Shown piece after piece: positions 43,928 to 52,571 of a DNA stretch of 64,000 nucleotides. The DNA lies in assembly GCA_963766785.1 (NCBI GenBank), contig CAVYBV010000003.1, positions 81,504 through 145,503 of the forward strand, in the 5' to 3' direction. The number at the start of each line of letters is the position of its first letter. Position 1 is the stretch's first letter. A model generated the notes under the pieces. It was not told where the DNA came from. It saw only the letters and a program-made list of their open reading frames with translations, and searched no databases. The stretch comes from an uncultured Acidobacteriota bacterium (lineage in GTDB: Bacteria; Acidobacteriota; Terriglobia; Terriglobales; Acidobacteriaceae). A program made the translations under genes and the position numbers.

Positions 43928-45373
43928 ATGAACATTCCCATCCGAATCCGGCTTTCGATCAGCTATTCTCTGATCTTTCTGGTCGCGGGCACGCTTCTCT
44001 GCGGGGCCTCATACTGGTTGGCGCGCCGCAGCCTGTATTTCGCGTTCGATCACGAGCTGGACGAACACATCGATGACGTGCACGATTTCTTCGCCGCACA
44101 CTCCCTTGCCGCTGATCAGGCGCGAGCCATATCCGAAGTGAATGCTGAGTTTGTTCTGAAGGATGACGGCAAATGGCTGCAGATCGCCGACGATCAGGGT
44201 CACTGGATTTATCGGGCCAGGCGCATGCTGCTTACGCCCCACGATATCCCGCCCAGCTCTGCGCTGCCGGCCAAGGGTTCGGTTCTGGAATTCAGTGCCG
44301 GCGACAAGCAGGTTCGGTCGCTGCGGCGGGCCTTCAAATTGGATGGCCACACCTTTTTGGTGGAAACCGGTGCGACCCTCACCAAGACCAATCAGACGCT
44401 GGCCCTGTTTCGGAACAGCTTGCTTCTGATTTCCCCCATCATCTTCATTGCCGCCGGATTTGCCGGCCATTCCCTGAGCCTCCGCGCTCTCGATCCTGTA
44501 GCTGCCATTGCCCACGAGGCACAGCGCATCCACGACGGCAACCTGCAGCTTCGCCTGCCGCAACTGAAGTCGGGCGATGAACTGGCCCATCTGTCGGCAA
44601 CTCTCAACGACATGCTGGAACGGATAGAATCCAGTGTCCGCAGCGTGCGGGACTTCACCGCCTATGCGTCCCACGAGTTGCGCACACCGGTGGCGTTGAT
44701 TCGCACCGAGGCCGACCTCGCACTGCAGTTCGAGCGCTCCGGCAAGGAGTATCGCGAAGCCATCGCGGTGATCGGCTCGGAAGCGCAGCGCATGTCGTCC
44801 TTGCTCGACAGTTTGTTATTCCTGGCGCGCGCCGACTCCGGCGCAGAACAGGTGCGGCTGGAGCCGGTGGACGTTCGCCTGGTTTGCAGGCAGGTCTGCG
44901 AAAAATGGAAGCCGCTGCTGAAGCGATCGCAACTTCAATTTATTGCCGGCCTGACGGATGCGCCGCGGATGGTGCTGGCGGATGGCCTCTACCTGCAGCG
45001 GTTGATTACAGTTCTGCTGGAGAACGCGTGGAAATATACGCCTCCCGGCGGATCGGTTTGGCTCAGCCTCGATCCTCTCGAAGATTCTGTCCGGATCTCC
45101 ATCGGCGATACCGGAATTGGCATTCCCCTGCAGGATCAGCCGCACATTTTCGATCGATTCCGGAGGGGCAGCAATGTCCAGCAATCCGAGGCCCATGGGT
45201 CGGGCCTCGGATTGGCGCTTGCCGCGTGGATAGCCAAATGCCATCGGACAGAAATTCAGTTGGACAGCGCTCCCGGGACAGGCAGCACCTTTGCCTTCAC
45301 TCTGCCCGTGGCACAGAACACCCGGAGCCACTTTGCGACCCTCAGTGAGCCGGAAGCGACCCTCCGGGCTTGA
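43928..45373 (+). CDS. sensor histidine kinase (TM-periplasmic-TM, HAMP, HisKA, HATPase_c)
   Basis: Start chosen at the ATG at 43928 (MNIPIRIRLSISYSLIFLV); the alternative at 43832 overlaps the regulator. H-box ASHELRTP, N-box LLENAWKY, G-boxes GDTGIGI and GSGLGLA. Confidence 0.88.
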   Translation: MNIPIRIRLSISYSLIFLVAGTLLCGASYWLARRSLYFAFDHELDEHIDDVHDFFAAHSLAADQARAISEVNAEFVLKDDGKWLQIADDQGHWIYRARRMLLTPHDIPPSSALPAKGSVLEFSAGDKQVRSLRRAFKLDGHTFLVETGATLTKTNQTLALFRNSLLLISPIIFIAAGFAGHSLSLRALDPVAAIAHEAQRIHDGNLQLRLPQLKSGDELAHLSATLNDMLERIESSVRSVRDFTAYASHELRTPVALIRTEADLALQFERSGKEYREAIAVIGSEAQRMSSLLDSLLFLARADSGAEQVRLEPVDVRLVCRQVCEKWKPLLKRSQLQFIAGLTDAPRMVLADGLYLQRLITVLLENAWKYTPPGGSVWLSLDPLEDSVRISIGDTGIGIPLQDQPHIFDRFRRGSNVQQSEAHGSGLGLALAAWIAKCHRTEIQLDSAPGTGSTFAFTLPVAQNTRSHFATLSEPEATLRA

Positions 45374-45567
45374 ATGACCCGTTTGGATCGGACGCGCGGC
45401 GCAAGCCGTGGCCTTCGCCGGGCCGCAACAGCCTGCCAATTGAGACGGAGCGGAAACTCATCTCGCTCTATGTACAATTGAGTTTGATTTCGACTCGCGG
45501 GCTGCGCCTTCATCAACTTCATCGGGCTTTGCGCCAACATTGACCTGCACACTCCACGGGAGGCTTC

Positions 45568-47727
45568 TTGTTCCGCTACCGTCTTTCTGCCGCCGCTCTC
45601 TGTCTTGTCCTTTTGCTTTGCGCGCCGCTGGCGCTGGCGCCCGCTGGCGCTGTCGCGCAGGAGGTTTCCGCGGCGCAGTTGCAGGCCGTGGCCGGGGAGT
45701 ACGCCGATGCCGCCGAGCCGGACACGCCGTGGAGTTTCTATCCCCAGAGCGGGAAGCTGGTTTGGGAATCGGAGCGGAGGGTGCCTACGGAGCTGAATGC
45801 GGTTTCAGGAACGGAATTCGGGGTCCCCGATTCCCGATTCAGGTTCAAATTCACCGTGGATGCAACGGGGAAAGCGAGCCTGACTGATTCCGCGGACCCG
45901 GAGACGACGTACCAGCGGACGGGGCCGCCGGTGCACCACGTGTTTCACGATTACCAGCGCACGGAAGCGATGATTCCCATGCGCGACGGGATCAGGCTGC
46001 ACGCGGTGATCCTGAAGCCGGCGGACATCGCCACGCCGTTGCCGCTGCTGATTGAGCGGACGCCGTACGGAGTGGACGGGGCCACGCGGGCCTCCATCTT
46101 TGCGCGGCGGCCGGAGCTGGCGCGCGACGGCTACATTTTTGTGGATGAGGACATTCGTGGGCGATTCAAAAGCGAGGGGCAGTTCGAGATGAACCGGCCG
46201 CTCACGGACCACAGCAACCCGAAGAACACGGACGAGAGCACGGATGCGTACGACACCGTGGCGTGGCTGATGAATAGCGTGCCCGGAAATAACGGGCGGG
46301 TGGGATTTGTGGGGACGAGCTATGACGGATTTACGGCGATCGAGGCCGGAATCGATCCTCATCCCGCGGTGAAGGCGATTTCGCCGCAGGCGCCGATGAT
46401 CGACGCGTGGATTGGCGACGACTTCTTTCACAACGGGGCGTTTCGCCAGAGTTACGGCTACGACTACGGGCTGATGATGGAGACCAACAAGGAGAATGCG
46501 GAGGTCAGCTACGGCAAGGACAAGGATGGCAAGCCGGTGGACGGCTATAACTTCTTTCTGGAGCGCGGCAGCTTTATTGAGGACGTGAAACGTTCCGGCT
46601 CAAAGACTCTGCCTATTTGGCAGCAGTTCGTCGATCACCCGGCGTACGACCAGGTGTGGCGCGAGCATGGTGTGGAGAACTACCTGAAGACGGTTGGGGT
46701 GCCCACGCTGACGGTGGGCGGCTACTACGACCAGGAGGACATGTGGGGCTCGCAGGAGGAGTACAACGTGCTGGAGCCGCACGACACCGAGCACGAAAAC
46801 TTCCTGGTGCTGGGGCCGTGGCGGCATGGATCGTGGGCGGCAACCACGCGGCATTTGGGCGACCTGCAGTACGGGGAGCCGATCGGAAAGGAGTTTCGCG
46901 CGCAGATTGAGGCGAAATTCTTCGGGCATTATCTGAAAGATGAGCCGGGATGGGATCTGGAAAACACGGCAAGTTTCCAGACGGGTTCGAACAAGTGGAT
47001 GCGGTATGGGCATTTTCCTCCGGAGGCCGCGGAGCCGACCGCTTTGCACCTGGAGGGCGATGGCAAGGCGACCTGGGACGACGTGAAGGCGGCGACGAAG
47101 ACGGAATACGTGAGCGATCCGGCGAGCCCCGTTCCTTACCGGCACCGGCCCATCCAGCCGACGTACGGGCCCGGCTCACAGTGGTACGACTGGCTGACCG
47201 AGGACCAGCGTTTTGTTGCCGGCCGCAAGGACGTGGCCGAATGGAAGCTGCCGGTGCTGAAAAAGGACCTGATTGTGACCGGCGACGTGGTCGCGGATAT
47301 CTTTGCTTCGACCACGGGTACAGACAACGACATGGTGGTGAAGCTGATCGACGAATACCCGGACAACGATGCCGATCCGACCATGCGCGGGTACGAGCTG
47401 ATGACCAATGCGGAGATTTTTCGCGGACGGTATCTGGATGGCTACGACCGGCCGCGAGCGATCCGCGCGGGTCAGGTGCGCGAATACAAGTTCAGCCTTC
47501 ACGACGTGGATCACGTCTTTAAAGCGGGGCACACCATGATGGTGGAGATCCAGAGCACGTGGTTCCCGCTGTATGATCGCAACCCGCAAACGTTTGTGCC
47601 CAACATCATGCTGGCGAAACCGGAGGATTACAAAAGGGCGACGATTACGATCTACTCCGATCAGCAGCACGATTCGAACGTGCAGGTGCCGCTGATGAAC
47701 CAATGCGCCGCGGTGGCGTGCTTTTAG
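45568..47727 (+). CDS. CocE/NonD-family hydrolase (peptidase S15, X-Pro dipeptidyl-peptidase-like), secreted
   Basis: 719-aa ORF with a TTG start and GGGAGG 4 nt upstream. Signal peptide. MRDGIRLHAVILKP..., nucleophile region GFVGTSYDGF, and a C-terminal beta-sandwich. Confidence 0.88.
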   Translation: MFRYRLSAAALCLVLLLCAPLALAPAGAVAQEVSAAQLQAVAGEYADAAEPDTPWSFYPQSGKLVWESERRVPTELNAVSGTEFGVPDSRFRFKFTVDATGKASLTDSADPETTYQRTGPPVHHVFHDYQRTEAMIPMRDGIRLHAVILKPADIATPLPLLIERTPYGVDGATRASIFARRPELARDGYIFVDEDIRGRFKSEGQFEMNRPLTDHSNPKNTDESTDAYDTVAWLMNSVPGNNGRVGFVGTSYDGFTAIEAGIDPHPAVKAISPQAPMIDAWIGDDFFHNGAFRQSYGYDYGLMMETNKENAEVSYGKDKDGKPVDGYNFFLERGSFIEDVKRSGSKTLPIWQQFVDHPAYDQVWREHGVENYLKTVGVPTLTVGGYYDQEDMWGSQEEYNVLEPHDTEHENFLVLGPWRHGSWAATTRHLGDLQYGEPIGKEFRAQIEAKFFGHYLKDEPGWDLENTASFQTGSNKWMRYGHFPPEAAEPTALHLEGDGKATWDDVKAATKTEYVSDPASPVPYRHRPIQPTYGPGSQWYDWLTEDQRFVAGRKDVAEWKLPVLKKDLIVTGDVVADIFASTTGTDNDMVVKLIDEYPDNDADPTMRGYELMTNAEIFRGRYLDGYDRPRAIRAGQVREYKFSLHDVDHVFKAGHTMMVEIQSTWFPLYDRNPQTFVPNIMLAKPEDYKRATITIYSDQQHDSNVQVPLMNQCAAVACF

Positions 47728-47756
47728 TCCGTTCAGTGAGCATATACTGATTCGCG

Positions 47757-47984
47757 GTGAAGAGAACCCTCTGGATCATTGGTCTAGCGTTTGCGTTGCT
47801 GACGTTCACTGGCGTGTTCGCGCTTTGCATCGCCGCTCTCGTGCTTCGACATCACTTGAACGCGAAGGGGTATTTCATGCTTTTCGCCAGCGCGTACGGT
47901 GCTTGGCACTTTCTCGGTCGCCTGCGCGTCACCCTTAAGCACGGGGATCCGACAGCGGATTTCCAAAGGGAGGAACCAGAATAG
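47757..47984 (+). CDS. hypothetical small membrane protein (two predicted TM helices)
   Basis: 75-aa ORF with a GTG start and two hydrophobic stretches. No recognisable family. Confidence 0.35.
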   Translation: MKRTLWIIGLAFALLTFTGVFALCIAALVLRHHLNAKGYFMLFASAYGAWHFLGRLRVTLKHGDPTADFQREEPE

Positions 47985-48165
47985 AATCTCATCGCGGGCG
48001 ACAACCCTTTCGCGATAAAATAGAAAGCGGCGTGATCCTCCATCAGCCCATCCCGGCTCTCCTCTAGCGGCGCCCGCCGCAAATACTGTTCTGCGCCTTT
48101 TTCCCGACCGAAATCATGAAACTAAATCGAGCACATTCGCGCCCGCGTGAGGCGAGAGGTTTGAC

Positions 48166-49239
48166 ATGTTGGACCGACTGGAACAAATGGAGCAACGTTA
48201 CAACGATCTGCAAGCGCAGTTCGCGCTGCCCGAAGTCATGAATGACCACGAGAAATACTCGAAGGTGAGCAAGGCTCTGCGCGAAATCCAGACGCCGGTG
48301 GAGAAGTATCGCGAGCTGAAGCAAATGCGGCAGGGATTGGCCGACGCGCGTACCATGTTGGCGGAGCCCGATGTCGACCTGCGCGCGATAGCGCAGGAGG
48401 AGATCGCCGCATTGGAGCCGAGGGTTGGCGCGCTCGAGGAAGAGCTGAAGATCCTGCTGTTGCCCAAGGACCCCAACGACGAAAAGAACGTGATCCTGGA
48501 GATCCGCGCGGGCACCGGCGGCGACGAGGCCTCGCTGTTCGCGGCCGAGATCTTCCGCATGTATACGCGCTTTGCCGAGCAGCACCGATGGAAGGTGGAG
48601 GTGATGTCGGTATCGGAGTCTGGCGTGGGCGGCACCAAGGAAGTAATCGCCATCATCGAAGGCGCCCGCGTTTACTCGCAACTCAAGTACGAGAGCGGCG
48701 TGCACCGCGTGCAGCGTGTGCCGGAAACGGAAACGCAGGGGCGCGTGCACACCTCGGCGGTGACGGTGGCGGTGCTGCCCGAGGCCGAGGAAGTCGATAT
48801 CAAGATCGAGGCCAAGGACATTCGCATCGACACGTTCTGCTCCTCAGGCCCAGGTGGACAGAGCGTGAACACAACTTATTCCGCCGTGCGCATCACTCAC
48901 CTGCCCACCAACACTGTGGTGAGCTGTCAGGACGAGAAGTCGCAGATCAAGAATCGCGAGAAGGGCATGCGCGTGCTGCGTTCGCGGCTGTATGAGATGG
49001 AGATGGAGAAGCAGAACGCGGAATTGGCGGCGGCGCGCAAGTCTCAAGTGGGCTCGGGCGACCGCAGCGAAAAGATCCGCACCTACAACTTTCCGCAGAA
49101 CCGCATGACGGACCATCGAATTGGGTTGACGCTGCACCAGCTCGACCTGGTGATGGATGGGCGGCTGCAGCCGATTGTGGATGCGCTCATCGCGCACGAC
49201 CAGGCGGAGCAGTTGAAGGCGGATACGCAGGCGGCCTGA
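48166..49239 (+). CDS. prfA: peptide chain release factor 1
   Basis: 357-aa ORF. GGQ loop [11 protein letters not shown] and RF1-type tripeptide region [15 protein letters not shown]. Confidence 0.95.
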   Translation: MLDRLEQMEQRYNDLQAQFALPEVMNDHEKYSKVSKALREIQTPVEKYRELKQMRQGLADARTMLAEPDVDLRAIAQEEIAALEPRVGALEEELKILLLPKDPNDEKNVILEIRAGTGGDEASLFAAEIFRMYTRFAEQHRWKVEVMSVSESGVGGTKEVIAIIEGARVYSQLKYESGVHRVQRVPETETQGRVHTSAVTVAVLPEAEEVDIKIEAKDIRIDTFCSSGPGGQSVNTTYSAVRITHLPTNTVVSCQDEKSQIKNREKGMRVLRSRLYEMEMEKQNAELAAARKSQVGSGDRSEKIRTYNFPQNRMTDHRIGLTLHQLDLVMDGRLQPIVDALIAHDQAEQLKADTQAA

Positions 49240-49242
49240 ATC

Positions 49243-50103
49243 GTGCCAACCGTGAAATCGTGCGCATTAACTGGTCGGGCGCGTCTCTCCACGGGACCCC
49301 ATTGCGATCGTGCGCAATGGGACGCTGAGACGCTTTTGCTCCATGTCCTCGATAAGAACCGGCCGTGGCTGCTCGGCCACGGTGATGACGAGGTCACCGA
49401 TTACAACTGTGCCCGCTACATGGAAACGTTGGAGCGTCGTTCCCTTGGCGAGCCCATCCAGTACATTACCGGCGAGACGGAGTTCTACGGCTTGCCGTTC
49501 CGCGTAACGCGCGACGTGCTGATTCCGCGGCCCGAAACCGAGCACCTGGTGGAACGGGCTATCGCGCTGGCTGGCGCATTGCAACAACCGAGGATCGTGG
49601 ATGTGGGCACAGGATCGAGTGCGATCGCGGTGGCTTTGTCGCGCCATCTGCCGAAGGCGCAGGTCACGGCGATTGATCTTTCGCCGAAGGCGCTCGCGAT
49701 TGCCATGGAGAACGCCGCGCGAAATGGGGTTGGTGAACGCATCCGTTTTCTGAAAGGCGATTTGTTGGCGCCGGTTGCGGGCGAGGGGTTCGATCTCGTT
49801 GTCTCCAACCCGCCGTATGTGGCCGAGTCCGAACGAGGCACGCTGGCGGTGGAAGTGCGCGATTACGAGCCGGCGATGGCGCTGTTCGCCGGCAAAGACG
49901 GCCTGGATGTTTATCGCCGACTGATTCCGGCTGCGCACGACGCGCTCGTCCCCGGCGGGTTTCTCGTGATGGAGATTGGTTGCGGCCAGGCGAAGAGCGT
50001 TGCCGCGTTATTCGCGGACGCGGGCTTTGACGCCGTGGAATTCGTACCCGATCTGCAGGGCATTCCGCGCGTGGCTTCCGCACGGCGTGCGGCCGCGGCT
50101 TGA
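49243..50103 (+). CDS. prmC: release factor glutamine N5-methyltransferase
   Basis: 286-aa ORF with a GTG start 4 nt after prfA. SAM motif VDVGTGSSAIAV and catalytic VVSNPPYV. Confidence 0.9.
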   Translation: MPTVKSCALTGRARLSTGPHCDRAQWDAETLLLHVLDKNRPWLLGHGDDEVTDYNCARYMETLERRSLGEPIQYITGETEFYGLPFRVTRDVLIPRPETEHLVERAIALAGALQQPRIVDVGTGSSAIAVALSRHLPKAQVTAIDLSPKALAIAMENAARNGVGERIRFLKGDLLAPVAGEGFDLVVSNPPYVAESERGTLAVEVRDYEPAMALFAGKDGLDVYRRLIPAAHDALVPGGFLVMEIGCGQAKSVAALFADAGFDAVEFVPDLQGIPRVASARRAAAA

Positions 50104-50122
50104 GCGCATTCCCCGGTTGCGG

Positions 50123-50152
50123 TTGACACACGGCTTGCCACCTCTTTATGGT
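50123..50152 (+). promoter_or_regulatory. sigma70-like promoter candidate
   Basis: TTGACA at 50123-50128 and TATGGT at 50147-50152 with an 18-nt spacer (or TTATGG with 17 nt). It lies about 30 nt upstream of a small ORF. Confidence 0.3.
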
Positions 50153-50180
50153 TGCGCAAGTTCCTTCCGCCGGAGCACAG

Positions 50181-50273
50181 ATGAAGCCGCGCGCTATTCT
50201 CACTGACAGTCACTTCCTCATCCCGCTCGCAGTGTTCTTATTTGGCGTGGCGCTTCTGGTTGTCATGCATTGA
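50181..50273 (+). CDS. candidate 30-aa single-TM micro-protein
   Basis: The ATG at 50181 is preceded by GGAG 5 nt upstream. The peptide is MKPRAILTDSHFLIPLAVFLFGVALLVVMH, with TGA at 50271-50273. It is below the ORF-track size cutoff. Confidence 0.35.
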   Translation: MKPRAILTDSHFLIPLAVFLFGVALLVVMH

Positions 50274-50310
50274 ACCCGCCTGATTTTCCGCAACAGGAAA
50301 GGACACACCG

Positions 50311-51597
50311 ATGAGCACACAGCCTGAGACCGCGTCGGCCCTGCGCATTGCATCGCGGCACGGGCTGGGTGTGCTGTGCGGCATCGGCGCAGGCGTTTGG
50401 CTGGGCGCGGCGGAGGCGCCGACGAAGCTGGTGAATGCGGGGCTATCGCCGTACGCGGTCTCGCTGTGCATGGTGGCGGGCGTCTTTGTGGCGCGCTGGA
50501 GCGTGCCCACGCTGCTCAAAGGGACTCGCGCAGTGTTCCGCGATCTCGGCGCCAACCGGCAGCTCATTCCGTTCGCTATTCTCGCCGGCATGCTGTGGGC
50601 CGTGGCCAACACGCTCACCGTCTTCGCCATCCGCGACGTGGGCCTGGCCATCGCATTTCCGCTTTGGAACACGAACTCGCTGGTAGGAATTCTATGGGGG
50701 CGGCTGCTCTTCGGCGAGCTGAAGGGAGCGGGCGCAGCCAATGTGCTGAAGGTGGTGCTGGGCGCGACGGCGATCGTCGCCGCCGCGGTCATGCTCGGAT
50801 TCAGCACCATTCAGTTGGGTCCGCACGCGCACCACGCCGCCGGCGGCATCCTGGCTGCGTGTGGCGCAAGCCTGCTTTGGGGATCGATGTACATTCCCTA
50901 TCGCAAGGCCTACCTGAGCGGCATGAATCCGCTCTCGTTCGTCACCATCTTCACCGTGGGAGAGCTCGGGACCATGCTGGCGCTGGTGCTGGCGTTCGAC
51001 GGAGGCGTGCACGCGGCGGTATTTCATTCGCCCACAGTTGCGCCGATGCTGTTCTGGCTCTTCCTCGGCGGATTCGTGTGGGTGGTCGGCGACATCTTCC
51101 AGCAGTTCGCGACGAAGTATCTCGGCATCGGCCGCGGCATTCCGCTCTCGAACACCAATCAGCTTTGGGGCCTGGCGTGGGGCGCGCTGGTCTTCGGCGA
51201 GCTCGCCGCTGCCGACGCAGCGCACCGGATGCTTGTTGTCGCCGGATCGCTGGCCATGATCGCGGGCGCCATCGCCGTCAGCTCGGCTGTCGCCACGGAG
51301 CGCGAGAGCGCGTCGACCGCGGCGGCCATCCGGCGCGAGTGCGACCGCTACGGCCTTCAGCACGCTGAAGTGGTGCGTGTTTTTCTCGGCGACGCGCCGC
51401 CCGAAGCGGCCAGGCGCGAGTGGTGGGACTGGCTGATCCTGGCTTGCGCGGCGGGCGTGTTTGTGGTGCTGGGACTCAAGGCGCGTGTGCCCGCGCTGAA
51501 CATGAATCTCGAGTGGGCCGCTATCCTTGCGGTGGTGCTCGTGGCCAGCGCGGCCGTGTGCGCATGGGGACTGGGCAAGGCCACTCGATTCTCGTGA
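50311..51597 (+). CDS. DMT-superfamily (GRP/GlcU-like) sugar permease with ~110-aa C-terminal extension
   Basis: 428-aa ORF with an internal 5+5 TM duplication. Repeat motifs are PLWNTNSLVGILWGRLLFGEL and PLSNTNQLWGLAWGALVFGEL. There is an extra cytoplasmic segment plus two TM helices at the C-terminus. Confidence 0.65.
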   Translation: MSTQPETASALRIASRHGLGVLCGIGAGVWLGAAEAPTKLVNAGLSPYAVSLCMVAGVFVARWSVPTLLKGTRAVFRDLGANRQLIPFAILAGMLWAVANTLTVFAIRDVGLAIAFPLWNTNSLVGILWGRLLFGELKGAGAANVLKVVLGATAIVAAAVMLGFSTIQLGPHAHHAAGGILAACGASLLWGSMYIPYRKAYLSGMNPLSFVTIFTVGELGTMLALVLAFDGGVHAAVFHSPTVAPMLFWLFLGGFVWVVGDIFQQFATKYLGIGRGIPLSNTNQLWGLAWGALVFGELAAADAAHRMLVVAGSLAMIAGAIAVSSAVATERESASTAAAIRRECDRYGLQHAEVVRVFLGDAPPEAARREWWDWLILACAAGVFVVLGLKARVPALNMNLEWAAILAVVLVASAAVCAWGLGKATRFS

Positions 51598-51608
51598 CCA
51601 CAAGTACA

Positions 51609-52562
51609 ATGAAGCCTATGCCGAGTGTGCCGATGGTGGATGTGGTGGGAGTGGGACTGAACGCCACCGACACGCTGATCCCACTGGCCAGCTTTCCTGA
51701 ACGCGGTGCCAAGCTCGATTACGCCCACGCATCCGTAATGCCCGGCGGGCAGACCGCCAGCACCATCGTCGCCTGTTGTGCGTGGGGACTCTCCGCGCGC
51801 TACGTGGGCAAGCTGGGTGGCGACGACGCGGGGCGTTTGCACGGGCGCGAATTCGCGCGCGTCGGCGTGGATGCGCGGCTCATTGAGGTGGCGAACGCCG
51901 CCAGCCCCCAGTCGCTCATCCTGATCGACGGCGGCGGCGAGCGCACTGTGCTTTGCCGGCGCGACGAGCGGTTGCTGCTGCAGCCCGACGACCTGGACCG
52001 CGAGTGGATTGTAAACGCGCGCGCGCTGCACGTAGATGGATATGAGACCGCCGCGGCTACGCAGGCGGCGCAGTGGGCGCGTGCGGCTGGCGTGCCGGTG
52101 ATTGCCGATCTTGACGAAATCTACAACGGCGTTCGCGAGCTTGTGCGCAATGTCGATTACCTCATCGTGAGCCGCGATTTTCCTTGTCGGCTGACCGGCG
52201 AGCGCGACCTGCCCGGCGCACTCAAAGCCATGCGCAGCGAGTACGGGTGCAGGCTGACGGCGGCAACGCTGGGGCAGGACGGCGTGTTGGCGTGGGACGG
52301 CGCGCAGTTGCTGCATCGCGCCGCCTATCGCGTAAACGTGGTAGACACCACCGGCGCCGGCGACATCTTCCATGCCGGTTTCATCTACGGGCTGCTGCAA
52401 GGCTGGCCGCTCGAGCGCCAGCTTGATTTTGCGTGCGCGGCCGCGGCGCTCAACTGCATCTGCCAGGGCGCGCGCGGCGGTATCCGCGGCGTCGCCGACG
52501 TCGAAGTGCTGATGTCCTCAGCGCCTCGCTACGATGTGGCCGAACTGAAAATTGACCACTGA
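51609..52562 (+). CDS. PfkB-family carbohydrate kinase
   Basis: Start moved to the ATG at 51609 (MKPMPSVPMVDVVGVG). Ribokinase-like layout with the C-terminal signature DTTGAGDIFHAGF. Confidence 0.85.
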   Translation: MKPMPSVPMVDVVGVGLNATDTLIPLASFPERGAKLDYAHASVMPGGQTASTIVACCAWGLSARYVGKLGGDDAGRLHGREFARVGVDARLIEVANAASPQSLILIDGGGERTVLCRRDERLLLQPDDLDREWIVNARALHVDGYETAAATQAAQWARAAGVPVIADLDEIYNGVRELVRNVDYLIVSRDFPCRLTGERDLPGALKAMRSEYGCRLTAATLGQDGVLAWDGAQLLHRAAYRVNVVDTTGAGDIFHAGFIYGLLQGWPLERQLDFACAAAALNCICQGARGGIRGVADVEVLMSSAPRYDVAELKIDH

Positions 52563-52571
52563 CAACTGCTC

